From an uncultured Alphaproteobacteria bacterium (GTDB lineage Bacteria > Pseudomonadota > Alphaproteobacteria > Dongiales > Dongiaceae), in NCBI GenBank assembly GCA_963724385.1, contig CAVRUJ010000001.1, forward strand, positions 1,154,896 to 1,218,895: a stretch of 64,000 nt of DNA, read 5' to 3'. Of the stretch, positions 17,647-27,772 are shown in pieces; position 1 is the first letter of the stretch, and every line of letters begins with the position of its first letter. The notes under the pieces are model-generated. The model did no database searches. It was not told the DNA's origin and saw only the letters and a program-made list of their open reading frames with translations. The translations under genes were made by a program, and so were the position numbers.

Positions 17647-18900
17647 ATGAATCGGCTCGCAAAACTTGCTCTCGGCGCCGGTTTGGCGCTGACCATGGGA
17701 GCGCTGGCGCCTAGAGCGGCATCGGCGGACGTCCAGCTGAACGCCCTGTTCATGAAACAGGCGGCCTACAGCGAGGACGACATTCGCAATATGACAACCG
17801 CCTTCGAGCAGGCCAACCCTGGGATCAAGGTCAACCTCGAGTTCGTCGCCTACGAAGCGCTCCACGACAAGATCGTCGCCGCCCAGGGCGCCGGGGGGTC
17901 GGGCTATGACGTCGTGCTCTACGACGTCATCTGGCCGGCGGAGTTCGCCAAGCACGGCTTTGTCTTGGACGTGACCAGCCGAATTCCGGATAGCGAAACC
18001 GCCCAGATCTTCGATGGAGCCTGGTCCACCGTCACCTATGACGGCAAGCGCTGGGGCATGCCCTGGATTCTCGATACCAAGTACCTCTTCTACAACAAGG
18101 ACATGCTGAAGCGGGCCGGTATCGCCGCACCGCCCAAGACCTGGGACGAGCTGACCGCTCAGGCCAAGATCCTGAAGGACAAAGGCATCGTTCAATACCC
18201 GATCGTTTGGAGCTGGGCCCAGGCCGAAGCCCTGATCTGCGACTACGCTACCCTGGTCGCGGCCTATAAGGGCACCTTCTTCAATGGCGACAAGCCCGCC
18301 TTCGATCAGGACGGCGCCTTGAAAGCCATGCAGTACATGAATGACTCCCTGCGGGACGGACTCACCAACCCGAACTCGCGCGAGTACCTGGAAGAGGACG
18401 TGCGCCGGGTGTTTTCCAACGGCGATGCCGCCTTCGCCCTCAACTGGACCTACATGTACAGCATGGCCAACGACCCGAAGGAGAGCAAAGTCGCCGGTCA
18501 AGTCGAACTTGAGCCGGCACCGGGCGTGGCCGGCCTGACCACGGCGTCCGCCGTCAACGGCTCCATGGCTCTTGGCATCCCGTCCAACAGCCAGCATGCG
18601 GACGAAGCCTGGAAGTATATCTCCTACATCACTTCCCAGCCGGTCCAGAACAAGTACGCCCAGCTGAGCCTGCCGATCTGGAAGTCGTCTTATGACGATC
18701 CGGCGGTGGCTAAGGGGCAGGAGAGCCTGATCGCCGCCGCGAAGACCTCGATCGCCATGATGTTCCCGCGGCCGACGACGGTGTCCTATCAGGAGCTGTC
18801 GACGATCCTGCAGAAGTGGATCCAGAAGGTGCTTCTGGGACAGGTCACGCCCGAGGCGGGGATGCAGCAGGCGGTGGAAGAAGCGTCCAGGTTGCGCTGA
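17647..18900 (+). CDS. ABC transporter extracellular solute-binding protein (family 1, carbohydrate-type)
   Basis: ORF 17263..18900 trimmed to the ATG at 17647. The signal peptide is MNRLAKLALGAGLALTMGALAPRAASA. The portion upstream of this start is antisense to 17250..17456. Confidence 0.9.
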   Translation: MNRLAKLALGAGLALTMGALAPRAASADVQLNALFMKQAAYSEDDIRNMTTAFEQANPGIKVNLEFVAYEALHDKIVAAQGAGGSGYDVVLYDVIWPAEFAKHGFVLDVTSRIPDSETAQIFDGAWSTVTYDGKRWGMPWILDTKYLFYNKDMLKRAGIAAPPKTWDELTAQAKILKDKGIVQYPIVWSWAQAEALICDYATLVAAYKGTFFNGDKPAFDQDGALKAMQYMNDSLRDGLTNPNSREYLEEDVRRVFSNGDAAFALNWTYMYSMANDPKESKVAGQVELEPAPGVAGLTTASAVNGSMALGIPSNSQHADEAWKYISYITSQPVQNKYAQLSLPIWKSSYDDPAVAKGQESLIAAAKTSIAMMFPRPTTVSYQELSTILQKWIQKVLLGQVTPEAGMQQAVEEASRLR

Positions 18901-18932
18901 CGCCGGCTAGTCGACGGCGTAGGGGGCCGGCT

Positions 18933-19814
18933 ATGGGGTGGCGGAGCCGTGATCGCCAGGCATGGGTGCTGTTGTTTCCCATGCTGGCGATCATGGTCAC
19001 CGTGACCGGCTACCCGCTTCTCAGTACCATCCGCCTTTCCTTCACCGACGCCAGTCTCGTGGGCAACGCGCCCATGAGCTGGGTCGGGTTGGAAAACTAC
19101 CTCTATGCGCTCACCGATCCGGACTTCCGCGATGCGTTCTTTCGCAGCATCTATTTCGCCTTCGTCTCCGTTGGCGTCGAGGTGGTGCTGGGCGTCCTGG
19201 TGGCTCTCCTGCTCAATCAGGAATTCTTCGGCCGGCACTTCGTGCGAGCCTTGATCGTGCTGCCTTGGGCGCTTCCCACCATCGTCAACGCCATGATGTG
19301 GCGGCTCATCTTCAATCCGGAATTCGGCAGCTGGAACGCACTGCTGACCCAGCTGCACCTGATCGATTCCTACCGGTCCTGGCTCGGCGACCCGGCGACG
19401 GTCATGAACATGGTGATCCTGGCCGATGTCTGGAAGAACTACCCCCTCGTTACGCTGATCGTGCTGGCCGCGCTCCAGATCATTTCCCCCGAGCTCTACC
19501 AGGCAGCGGCCATCGATGGTGCCGGGCCCTGGCGTCAGTTCTGGAAGATCACCTTTCCCGAGATCCTGGGTCCCCTCAGCGTCGCCCTCATGCTGCGCAT
19601 GATCGACGCCTTCAAGGTCTTCGACATTATTTTCGTCATGACCCGAGGCGGTCCCGCCAACGTCACCAAGACGGTGAGCTTCTACGTCTACCAGGAATCC
19701 TTCAGCTATCTGCGCGCCGGGAGCGGTGCGGCCTATGCGGTCATCGTGGGCCTGATTTGCGGCATTCTGATTGGCCTTTATCTCTTCATGCTGAGACGCC
19801 AGGAGTATTCGTGA
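18933..19814 (+). CDS. carbohydrate ABC transporter permease
   Basis: Trimmed to the ATG at 18933. Multiple TM segments. It has the EAA-type loop AAAIDGAGPWRQFWKITFP. Confidence 0.85.
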   Translation: MGWRSRDRQAWVLLFPMLAIMVTVTGYPLLSTIRLSFTDASLVGNAPMSWVGLENYLYALTDPDFRDAFFRSIYFAFVSVGVEVVLGVLVALLLNQEFFGRHFVRALIVLPWALPTIVNAMMWRLIFNPEFGSWNALLTQLHLIDSYRSWLGDPATVMNMVILADVWKNYPLVTLIVLAALQIISPELYQAAAIDGAGPWRQFWKITFPEILGPLSVALMLRMIDAFKVFDIIFVMTRGGPANVTKTVSFYVYQESFSYLRAGSGAAYAVIVGLICGILIGLYLFMLRRQEYS

Positions 19815-20659
19815 TGAGAAGGCGCCGCCCGATCTCCACCCTCCTCATCTATGTCAGCGTCGCTGCGCTCGTGGTCACTACGCTGGCGCCGCTCGTCTGG
19901 CTTTTCATCATGAGCATCAGCAGCACCAAGGACCTGACCACCGTGCCGCTCAACTGGCTGCCGAGCCGGGCTGATTTCTCCAACTACGTCCGCCTGATGT
20001 CGCTGGCGCCCAATTCGATCGGCGAGGAATTCCTTTACGCGCTGCGCAACAGCCTGGCGGCCTCGCTCACGGCGACCGCGATCGCGCTTCTGGCGGGGAT
20101 TCCCGCCGCCTACAGCTTCTCGCGCTTTCGCGGGCGCATGGGCCTGCTTTATGCCGTGCTCGGTACCTACATGCTGCCGCCGGTGGCTTTCATTCTGCCC
20201 CTCTACATGGCGTTCAGCGCGCTCCATCTGCTCAACACCATCGGGGCGCTGGTGATCGTCTATTGCACGATCCTGCTGCCCTTCGTCACCTGGCTGTTGA
20301 AGACCAACTTCGATGCCGTGCCCATCGAGATCGAGCAGGCCGCAAGGCTGGATGGGGCGGGCCTGTTCGGGGTCATCCGCCACGTGACGCTGCCGATCGC
20401 GGCCGCGGCCATGGGCACGGCGGCCCTCTTCGCCATGCTGCTGGCCTGGGACGAGTTTTTTTACGCCCTGCTCTACACCAACGACATCCGGGCCAAGACC
20501 CTGCCGGTCGCCATCGGCGATTTCGCGGCCGGCAGGGCCATCGACTACGGCCTGATCTCGGCCGTGGGCGTGCTGGCCTCGCTCCCGCCGGTCTTCATCG
20601 CCTTCGTCCTGCAGAAGTCGCTGATCGTCGGCTTGGCCCATGGCGGGGTGAAAGGCTGA
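19814..20659 (+). CDS. carbohydrate ABC transporter permease
   Basis: The ATG at 19814 overlaps the preceding stop. It has the loop AARLDGAGLFGVIRHVTLP. The first half of the 565-aa track ORF is out of frame over permease 1. Confidence 0.85.
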   Translation: MRRRRPISTLLIYVSVAALVVTTLAPLVWLFIMSISSTKDLTTVPLNWLPSRADFSNYVRLMSLAPNSIGEEFLYALRNSLAASLTATAIALLAGIPAAYSFSRFRGRMGLLYAVLGTYMLPPVAFILPLYMAFSALHLLNTIGALVIVYCTILLPFVTWLLKTNFDAVPIEIEQAARLDGAGLFGVIRHVTLPIAAAAMGTAALFAMLLAWDEFFYALLYTNDIRAKTLPVAIGDFAAGRAIDYGLISAVGVLASLPPVFIAFVLQKSLIVGLAHGGVKG

Positions 20660-20663
20660 GACA

Positions 20664-21677
20664 ATGGCCACGACGGCACCTTCCGGTCTCAAGCTGCTCC
20701 AGGGCGAGCTGGCCCGCCAGCACGGCGATGCACTGGCGTCCTTTGCCGGCAACCAGGCGATGGCCGCCCGCATCGCCGAGAGCCTTCGGCGCAACCGACG
20801 GCTCTTGCTGGTCGGCATGGGCGCGTCCCATTTCGCCAACCGCGCCGCCGAGGCGGCCTATCGTTCGCTTGGCATCGACGCGGCGGCCGTGGTCGCCTCG
20901 GAGATTCTGGCCGCGCCGCTGCCGAACGGTCAGCGCACCGCGATCCTGGCGTCCCAGTCGGGGGCTTCCGGCGAGATTCTGGACCTTCTCGAGCGTCCGG
21001 CCCCAGGGGAGGAGCGCTTTGGGCTCACCCTCGACGACCAGAGCCAGCTGGGCAAGGCGCTGCCTTGCCTGGTCGGCGCCGGCGGGGTCGAGCGCGCCTT
21101 CGCGGCCACGCGGAGCCTGCTGCTGACCCTGACGCTGCATGGGGCGGTGCTTTCGGCTCTTGGTCTCGATCCCGAGACGATCTTGTCGGTCCTGCGCGTT
21201 CCGCCGCGGGTCGAAAGCGATGCCGCATATGAGCGCCTGGCCGATTGCGCCACGGTCATCCTGAGCGGCCGGCGCGAGCTTCAGGGCGTCGCGGAAGCGG
21301 GCGGGCTGTTTCTCATGGAGCTGGCCCGGATACCGGCCTTCAGCCTGGAAGGTGGCCAGTTCCGCCATGGTCCGCTGGAAGCGCTCTCGCCTGCCGTAGG
21401 CATTGTCCTGTTGCGAAGCGCCAACGAATGGTCCGATTCCGTGCGGCGTCAGGCCGAAAGCTGCATTTCGGCGGGCACGGTGCCGGTCCTATTGGATGCC
21501 AGCGGCCGACCGCCGGTGAAGGGCGCAATCACGATATCATTTCCCACCATGGACGGGTTTGGCGCGGCGCTGGGTCTTTTGCCGTCCTTGCAGCAGCTCC
21601 TGCTGCGGGTGGCACGTCACAGGATACAGCGGGTGGGAGAGCCCTTGCGATCGACCAAAGTGACGGGCCGGGAATGA
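20664..21677 (+). CDS. SIS-domain sugar-phosphate isomerase/deglycase-like protein (FrlB/GlmS-C-like)
   Basis: LLLVGMGASHFANRAA is a SIS motif. The length of about 337 aa fits a double-SIS architecture. Confidence 0.75.
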   Translation: MATTAPSGLKLLQGELARQHGDALASFAGNQAMAARIAESLRRNRRLLLVGMGASHFANRAAEAAYRSLGIDAAAVVASEILAAPLPNGQRTAILASQSGASGEILDLLERPAPGEERFGLTLDDQSQLGKALPCLVGAGGVERAFAATRSLLLTLTLHGAVLSALGLDPETILSVLRVPPRVESDAAYERLADCATVILSGRRELQGVAEAGGLFLMELARIPAFSLEGGQFRHGPLEALSPAVGIVLLRSANEWSDSVRRQAESCISAGTVPVLLDASGRPPVKGAITISFPTMDGFGAALGLLPSLQQLLLRVARHRIQRVGEPLRSTKVTGRE

Positions 21678-22639
21678 CCGAAGCGCTTCGGGGACGCGGG
21701 TCCGGCCGGGACCGAGGCAGGATCTATGTGATCGGCAACGTCAATGTCGACCTGGTCATGGGGCCGATCGCACCCCTGCTCGTGCCGGGCACGGAAAGCA
21801 TGGTGGCTCGAACCGAGCTCAGGGTCGGCGGGGCCGCAGGCAATGCGGCCTTTGCCTTGCAGGCCATGGGCACGCCATGCCGCCTCGTCTGCAACATCGG
21901 CGACGACGTCTTCGGACGCTGGCTCGCGGAGGCCTTCGGGCCAGCCGCCCGGCGTTGGCCCAAATCGGCGCTGCCGACTACGGCCTCGGTCGGCATCACC
22001 CATCCGAACGGCGAGCGGACGTTCCTCACCTCGAAGGGCCATCTCGAGAGCCTCTCTCTGGCCGACGTGGAAGGTCAGCTACCCAAGCGGGCCGGCCCCG
22101 GCGACGTCGCCTTGCTGCTCGGCGGATTCCTCAGTCCGCCGTTGCTAAGGTCCTACGAGCGCCTGCTCGAACGACTGACGGAAGGCGGCTTCGCCGTGGC
22201 CCTCGACCCGAGTTGGCCGCCCGGTGGCTGGACGAAGCGGATGCGCCTCAGGGTCGCCGCCTGGCTTCGGGCCTGCGACCATGTCTTGCTGAACGAGGCG
22301 GAGAGCTGCGGCTTGTCGGGGGAGTCCGGGATTGCCGAGGCCGCGGGCTGGATCCAGCGTCGGGCGAAACCGGGTGTGACGGTGGTGGTCAAGCGCGGCC
22401 CGCGCGGGGCCAGCGCCTGGCAGGAAGACAGGACCGCCCATGCGCCGGCGCCCAAGGTGAAGGTGATCGACACGATCGGCGCTGGAGACGTGTTTGACGC
22501 AGCTTATCTGCGGGCCCGGGTCCTGGGCGCGGACCTCGGAGAGTCTCTTGCCGAGGGAGTGGCATTGGCATCGGCGGTCATCTCCACCTATCCGCGGCGG
22601 TACCGCAAAGTGCGAAGCAGGCGCGGCCAGGGGGACTAG
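21675..22639 (+). CDS. PfkB-family carbohydrate kinase
   Basis: The ATG at 21675 overlaps the SIS gene stop (ATGA). It has IYVIGNVNVDLV and the DTIGAGDVFDAAYL PfkB signature. Confidence 0.8.
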
Positions 22640-22648
22640 CGAGGCAGC

Positions 22649-23725
22649 ATGGCGGCAGTCTCATTGCGCAAGGTTTCGAAATCCTATGGCGCCGTGCGGG
22701 TGATCCGGGACGTGGACCTGGATATCCCGGACCATGCCTTCGCCGTGCTGGTCGGCCCGTCGGGCTGCGGCAAATCGACTCTGCTCAAGTTAATCGCCGG
22801 GCTCGAGGATCTGACCACGGGCGAGATTTCCATCGGCGGGCGCATGGTGAACGACCGGTCGCCGGCCGACCGCGATATCGCCATGGTGTTCCAGAGCTAC
22901 GCCCTCTACCCCCACATGACGGTGGCGGACAATCTGGGGTTTCACCTGAAGATCGCTCGCATGCCCAGGGAAGAGCGCAATGGGCGCATCGCCAAGGTGG
23001 CGGAGAATCTAGGCATCGCCCAGTTCCTTGACCGGTTCCCGCGCGATCTCTCGGGCGGCCAGCGCCAGCGTGTGGCGATGGGGCGGGCCATCGTACGCGA
23101 GCCCCAGGTCTTCCTGTTCGACGAGCCGCTCTCGAATCTCGACGCCAAGCTCAGGATCCAGGTGCGGGCAGAGATCAAGGCTCTCCAGCAGCGGCTGCGC
23201 ACGACCACGATCTATGTCACCCATGACCAGGTGGAGGCGATGACATTGGCCGACTTCATCGTGGTCATGCGCGACGGCGCGATCGAACAGGTGGGAGCAC
23301 CGCTCGAAGTCTACGACAACCCGGCCAATGCCTTCGTCGGCGGCTTCATCGGCTCGCCGCCGATGAATCTGGTCGAGGGAGTCCTGCATTCGGACGGTGC
23401 CGGCGCCTTCGTGGACGCTTCCGGCCTGCGCCTGCCCCTCGACGGCGCGGTGGGCGGCGGCGAGGGGCGCAAGGTCATCTATGGCATCCGTCCCGGCGCC
23501 TTCGCGCCGGACAAGACCGACGGCCCGATCCGGGCGGAAGTCGAGGTGATCGAGCCCACGGGCGACGAACTCTTCGCCCATGTCATGGCAGGCGCGGTCA
23601 GGCTCCATGTCGCCTTTGCCGGGCGCCCGGACCTGAAAGTGGGGGAAACCGTGTTTCTCCGGCCGCAGCCGGGCCGTGTCCACTTGTTCGATGCCGAAAG
23701 CGGCGAGCGGATGAAGGGCTCCTGA
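22649..23725 (+). CDS. ABC transporter ATP-binding protein (MalK/UgpC type)
   Basis: [23 protein letters not shown] and [11 protein letters not shown] motifs, plus a C-terminal regulatory-domain-length extension. Confidence 0.9.
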   Translation: MAAVSLRKVSKSYGAVRVIRDVDLDIPDHAFAVLVGPSGCGKSTLLKLIAGLEDLTTGEISIGGRMVNDRSPADRDIAMVFQSYALYPHMTVADNLGFHLKIARMPREERNGRIAKVAENLGIAQFLDRFPRDLSGGQRQRVAMGRAIVREPQVFLFDEPLSNLDAKLRIQVRAEIKALQQRLRTTTIYVTHDQVEAMTLADFIVVMRDGAIEQVGAPLEVYDNPANAFVGGFIGSPPMNLVEGVLHSDGAGAFVDASGLRLPLDGAVGGGEGRKVIYGIRPGAFAPDKTDGPIRAEVEVIEPTGDELFAHVMAGAVRLHVAFAGRPDLKVGETVFLRPQPGRVHLFDAESGERMKGS

Positions 23726-23738
23726 GGGCGCCGGCGGC

Positions 23739-24728
23739 TTAAGGGGTCGCCAGGAGCTCGGTCAGCGATCCACCCTCGTAGATCCGCCGTATTGCCTCGG
23801 CGAACAGACCCGAGCAGTCGAGCGAGACGAGCTTGTCGCGGACCGGTCCGGCGGCGAGCTCGCTGCGGGACACCGAATCCGTGATGACGATCTGCTCGAT
23901 CGCCGGGTCGGCCAGCGTTTCATTGGCCTTGGCGGTGAAGACGCCATGGGTGGCAGCGACACAGATGCGCGCAGCACCCTGCCTTTGGCAGGCCTGGGCG
24001 GCGCGGGCGACCGTGCCACCGCTGCTGATCATGTCATCGATGATGACCACGCTGCGCCCGCCGACCTCGGCGAACAGGGTCTCGCCGGTGACTGCGCCCT
24101 GGCGGCGCTGCTTCTCCATGAAGCCCACGGAGATCGTCCGTCCCGTGACGCGGGCCAAGGCATCGCGCAAGGCCTCGGCCCGCTTCATCCCGCCGATGTC
24201 GGGGGACAGCACGACGGCACCATCGGCCGGCAGGCGGGTCTTGAAATAATCGATGAACAGCCCGAGCGCATCGAGATGATCCGTGCGGCAGCGAAAGGCG
24301 TTCTGGAACGCGGCGAGGTTATGGACATCGAAAGTCACAACCCGGTCCGCGCCCACGGCCTCGAACAGCTGAGCGACGTAGCGCGTCGTCACCGGATCCC
24401 GAGGTTGGGTCTTCCTGTCCTTACGGGCATAGGACAGATAGGGGATCACCGCCGTCACCCTCTCCGCCGACGCATCCTTGAGCGCGCCGATGAAGAACAG
24501 CAGACGGCAAAGCTTGTCGTTGGCGCTGGCGGTCTCGTCCCCGTTCAGGGACTGGACCACGAAGACGTCACGCCCGCGCACGTTGACCAAAGGGCGCGCC
24601 TTGTGCTCGCCCGCCTCGAACTCGCGCTCCTCATGATCGGCAAGCGCGATGCCCAGGCGTTCGCCGATCCTGGCGCCGAAGGCGCGGCTGGTGTTGAGGG
24701 CGAAGAGGCGGATCTCATGCTGGTCCAT
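23739..24728 (-). CDS. ribose-phosphate pyrophosphokinase-family protein
   Basis: VIPYLSYARKDRK and VVIIDDMISSGGT motifs. 329 aa. Confidence 0.8.
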   Translation of the reverse strand: MDQHEIRLFALNTSRAFGARIGERLGIALADHEEREFEAGEHKARPLVNVRGRDVFVVQSLNGDETASANDKLCRLLFFIGALKDASAERVTAVIPYLSYARKDRKTQPRDPVTTRYVAQLFEAVGADRVVTFDVHNLAAFQNAFRCRTDHLDALGLFIDYFKTRLPADGAVVLSPDIGGMKRAEALRDALARVTGRTISVGFMEKQRRQGAVTGETLFAEVGGRSVVIIDDMISSGGTVARAAQACQRQGAARICVAATHGVFTAKANETLADPAIEQIVITDSVSRSELAAGPVRDKLVSLDCSGLFAEAIRRIYEGGSLTELLATP

Positions 24729-24925
24729 TCGTCGCCTCCCCCGATGTGATCAGCCGGGGCTGGCTGCGGGATAGCGCTGGCTTGCGCGACCAGGATGACG
24801 GGCGATGCGGTGTCGGCGCAAGCCTGGGATCGCCGACCGTGGCGCCGATCGCGCGCGCCGGCAGGCTGCGGATGACCGAAGCGCCATACCCCGACCGATC
24901 GGCCTCAAAGTATGACTTCGGATCC

Positions 24926-25405
24926 TCAGAGATGACTTTTTTCCACGTCCTCGATGGAAAGGCCGAGCTTGGCGAGACCTTCCTCGAGCTCGTCGCTAAG
25001 GTTGGGTGTACCCAGCAGATATTCTGCCGTTCGTTTGTTGTGGGCTTCGCGCGCGGCCTCCAAAGCCTGGTCCCATTCGGCCGCCTCGTAGTCGCCACGG
25101 CCAAGCCAGACCAGGGCGACGAGCTCGACCTGTTCATCCTCGTTGAGCCCTTCGATGGCTTCGACCAGCTCGGCATAGGTCGGATCGTCGGCGTAATCCT
25201 CGAGGACCTCGCGCTGGTCGTCGTCCGTCGGGTTGGAGCCAGGATCGGGTTCGACAGGCTCGACCTTGGCATCGAACTCCCGCGCCTTGATGATGATGAA
25301 GCCGAGCTTCTCGTGGTCGATGGTGAGCTCAACCGGTTGCGGTTCTTGGTCCATGCGATCGTCCCGTTGTCTGACTGCCATGTTCGTTTCCTTGTTTACG
25401 CTCAT
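24926..25405 (-). CDS. DUF3775-type acidic protein
   Basis: LGFIIIKAREFDAKVEPVEPDPGSNPTDDD...LVALVWLGRGDY matches my memory of the DUF3775 pattern. Confidence 0.7.
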   Translation of the reverse strand: MSVNKETNMAVRQRDDRMDQEPQPVELTIDHEKLGFIIIKAREFDAKVEPVEPDPGSNPTDDDQREVLEDYADDPTYAELVEAIEGLNEDEQVELVALVWLGRGDYEAAEWDQALEAAREAHNKRTAEYLLGTPNLSDELEEGLAKLGLSIEDVEKSHL

Positions 25406-25417
25406 CCTTGCCCGGTC

Positions 25418-26104
25418 TCAACTTGCCGGAGGCTTGCCATCGACCGTCCTTCGCATATTTACCGCGTTCGCCGCACGGTCGAGACAGGCGATGACTTCCT
25501 CGTCGTCGACCTGGTGGAAATCCTCATAGAAGATGCTGATGGCGCCGAATTCGGAGGGCGTCGCAAGGCAGACGATCTCGTCGGCTTCGGCGCCAAGGGC
25601 GGCGATGCTGTCGGGCGGCGCGACGGGGACGGCCAGGACGAGTCGCGCCGGGTTTCGTCGCCGGAGCGCGAGCAGGACGGCGCGCATGGAGGCCCCGGTG
25701 GCGATGCCGTCGTCGGTGACGATGACGCTGCGCCCTGCGATTTCGACCGGTTGCCGGCCCCTGAAATAGACCTTGCGCCGGCGCTCGATCTCCTTGGCTT
25801 GCCGCGCCATCTCCTTCTCCAGATAGTCTTGGGAAATCGACAGCATGGCGACCAGGTTCTGGTCTATGACCCGATCGAGCCTGGCACCGTCGACGATGGC
25901 GCCGGCGGCAAGCTCCGGCTGCCAGGGCACGCCGATCTTGCGCACCAGCAGCACATCGAGGGGTGCGTGGAGCGCGAGCGCGATTTCGCATCCGACCGGC
26001 ACGCCGCCGCGGGCGAGCCCGAGGATCACGGGGTTTTCCCGGCTGAAACGCTGAAGCTCTCGCGCCAGGCGCCGGCCGGCATCCGACCGATCCGCGAACA
26101 TCAT
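25418..26104 (-). CDS. phosphoribosyltransferase-family protein (COG1926-like)
   Basis: FADRSDAGRRLA...ILGLARGGVPVG...VIVTDDGIATGASM (PRPP-binding loop). Confidence 0.8.
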   Translation of the reverse strand: MMFADRSDAGRRLARELQRFSRENPVILGLARGGVPVGCEIALALHAPLDVLLVRKIGVPWQPELAAGAIVDGARLDRVIDQNLVAMLSISQDYLEKEMARQAKEIERRRKVYFRGRQPVEIAGRSVIVTDDGIATGASMRAVLLALRRRNPARLVLAVPVAPPDSIAALGAEADEIVCLATPSEFGAISIFYEDFHQVDDEEVIACLDRAANAVNMRRTVDGKPPAS

Positions 26105-26259
26105 GTCCTGCTCTTCCCTCCTGGCCCCGGAGTCTGGCCTCCCGCGGCACCCTCGCCTTGACCCAGATCAACGGCCGGCGCCGGCCCGGGCTTCGCACCG
26201 CAAGGAGGGGAGTGCTATAGTCGGGCCACGCGATCCCGCGCTCGATTGGGTAGCGAGCG

Positions 26260-26886
26260 ATGGCCCAGGCTTGGTGCAAGCGGATTCTCTTGATCCTGGC
26301 GGCGCTGCTTCTGCCGGCAGCCCTGCTTCGCGCAGCGACGACCGATGCCACGGGACCGGCGGGCGGCTCACTGGCCGGCCAGCTTCTGGTCGCCTCGCCC
26401 CAGATCGACGGGCCGCCCTTCTATCACACGGTAATCCTGATCGTGTCCCATGACAGCACCGGGGCGCTGGGCATCGTCATCAATCAGCCGTTGGAGGAGC
26501 GTTCGCTTGCCAGCGTCCTGGAGGGCGTGGGCATCAAGGACAGCGGCGCACAGGGCAGCATCCTCATCTTCGCCGGCGGACCGGTCGAGCCCGAGGCCGG
26601 CTTCGTCATCCACAGCAGCGACTATCACGATGCCAAGACCTTGGACATCGACGGCCATGTGGCCATGACCTCGAGCACGCAGATCCTGCGCGATATGGGC
26701 CACAACAAGGGCCCGAAGAAGAGCTTGGTCGCCTTCGGCTATGCCGGCTGGGGGCCGGGCCAGCTGGAAGCCGAGCTTGCGCGCCACGACTGGTTCACCG
26801 AGCCCGAGAACCCGAAGCTTGTCTTCGACGACGACCGGGGCGGACTGTGGGACGAAGCGATGGCGCGACGGACCAGGGATCTCTGA
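26260..26886 (+). CDS. YqgE/AlgH-family protein (UPF0301)
   Basis: LLVASPQIDGPPFYHTVILIVSHDSTGALGIVINQP...FAGGPVEPEAGFVIH, with an N-terminal hydrophobic extension. Confidence 0.8.
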   Translation: MAQAWCKRILLILAALLLPAALLRAATTDATGPAGGSLAGQLLVASPQIDGPPFYHTVILIVSHDSTGALGIVINQPLEERSLASVLEGVGIKDSGAQGSILIFAGGPVEPEAGFVIHSSDYHDAKTLDIDGHVAMTSSTQILRDMGHNKGPKKSLVAFGYAGWGPGQLEAELARHDWFTEPENPKLVFDDDRGGLWDEAMARRTRDL

Positions 26887-26927
26887 AGGGTCGGCCCGCT
26901 GCGATCGGATCGATGAAGTGGCACCGG

Positions 26928-27572
26928 TCAGGCCTGGCTTCGCCCTCTCAGCTCCTCGAAGGACGTCATGACGTTCTTTCGAAAGGCCGGACGCTGGCCG
27001 AGCCTCGCGTACCAAGCAGCGAAATTCGCCAACTGAGGGCGCTCCACGTCCATCTGATGGTAGCGATAGAGGGTGACGCCGATGGGGATGTCGGCCAGCG
27101 ACAGGCGATCGCCCAAGAGGAAGGCGCGGCCGGCGAGCAGGCGGTCCAGCAGCCGGTAATGCTCGGCCAGAAGCTGGGCATGTTGCTTGATCGCCGCCGG
27201 GTTGCGGCGCTCGGGCGGGGTCCTGACGGCGGCCCAGAACAGGCCATAGAAGTCCGGCGCCAGAGTCGTCTGCATCCAGTCCATCCACTGGTCGGCCTGG
27301 GCACGGGCGCCGGGATCCTTGTCCCACAGGTTGCCCTCGCTGTAGCGGGCGGCGAGGTAGCGCAGGACGGCGTTGCTCTCCCACACGACGACGCCGTCAT
27401 CCTCGATGGTCGGTATCCGGGCGTTGGGGTTGAGGGCGCGATAGGCCGGGGCGTCGAGGCCCCCGAAACGTCCCCCAACGTCGATGCGCTCATAAGCGAG
27501 GCCGATCTCATCCGCCAGCCAGAGAACCTTCTGCACATTGGCCGAGGTGCTACGGCCCCAGATCTTCAGCAT
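26928..27572 (-). CDS. glutathione S-transferase
   Basis: Trimmed to the ATG at 27572 (MLKIWGRSTSANVQKVLWLADEIGLAYE). Thioredoxin-like N-domain followed by a helical C-domain. Confidence 0.85.
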   Translation of the reverse strand: MLKIWGRSTSANVQKVLWLADEIGLAYERIDVGGRFGGLDAPAYRALNPNARIPTIEDDGVVVWESNAVLRYLAARYSEGNLWDKDPGARAQADQWMDWMQTTLAPDFYGLFWAAVRTPPERRNPAAIKQHAQLLAEHYRLLDRLLAGRAFLLGDRLSLADIPIGVTLYRYHQMDVERPQLANFAAWYARLGQRPAFRKNVMTSFEELRGRSQA

Positions 27573-27772
27573 GGCGAACCCCTTTGTCTTTCGAGTGGGG
27601 AGCGCAGACGAGGCCGGCTCCGCCGCGCCGGAGGATACGCCAAGCCCGCGGGCGATGCACGTTGGCGCCAAACGCCCTCACCGAATTGTTGTGATGGCCA
27701 AGCAGTGTCCCTTTGGTTGCCGATTTCGGATAGGATTTGCGCTCAAATCCAAGGGCTACAGCGGGACATGTC

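Noticed and set aside
18962-20659. 565-aa ORF that looks like a fused double permease
   Set aside because: Its first ~285 codons are an Arg/Pro-rich out-of-frame read over permease 1. The real second permease starts at 19814 (MRRRRPISTLLIYV...).
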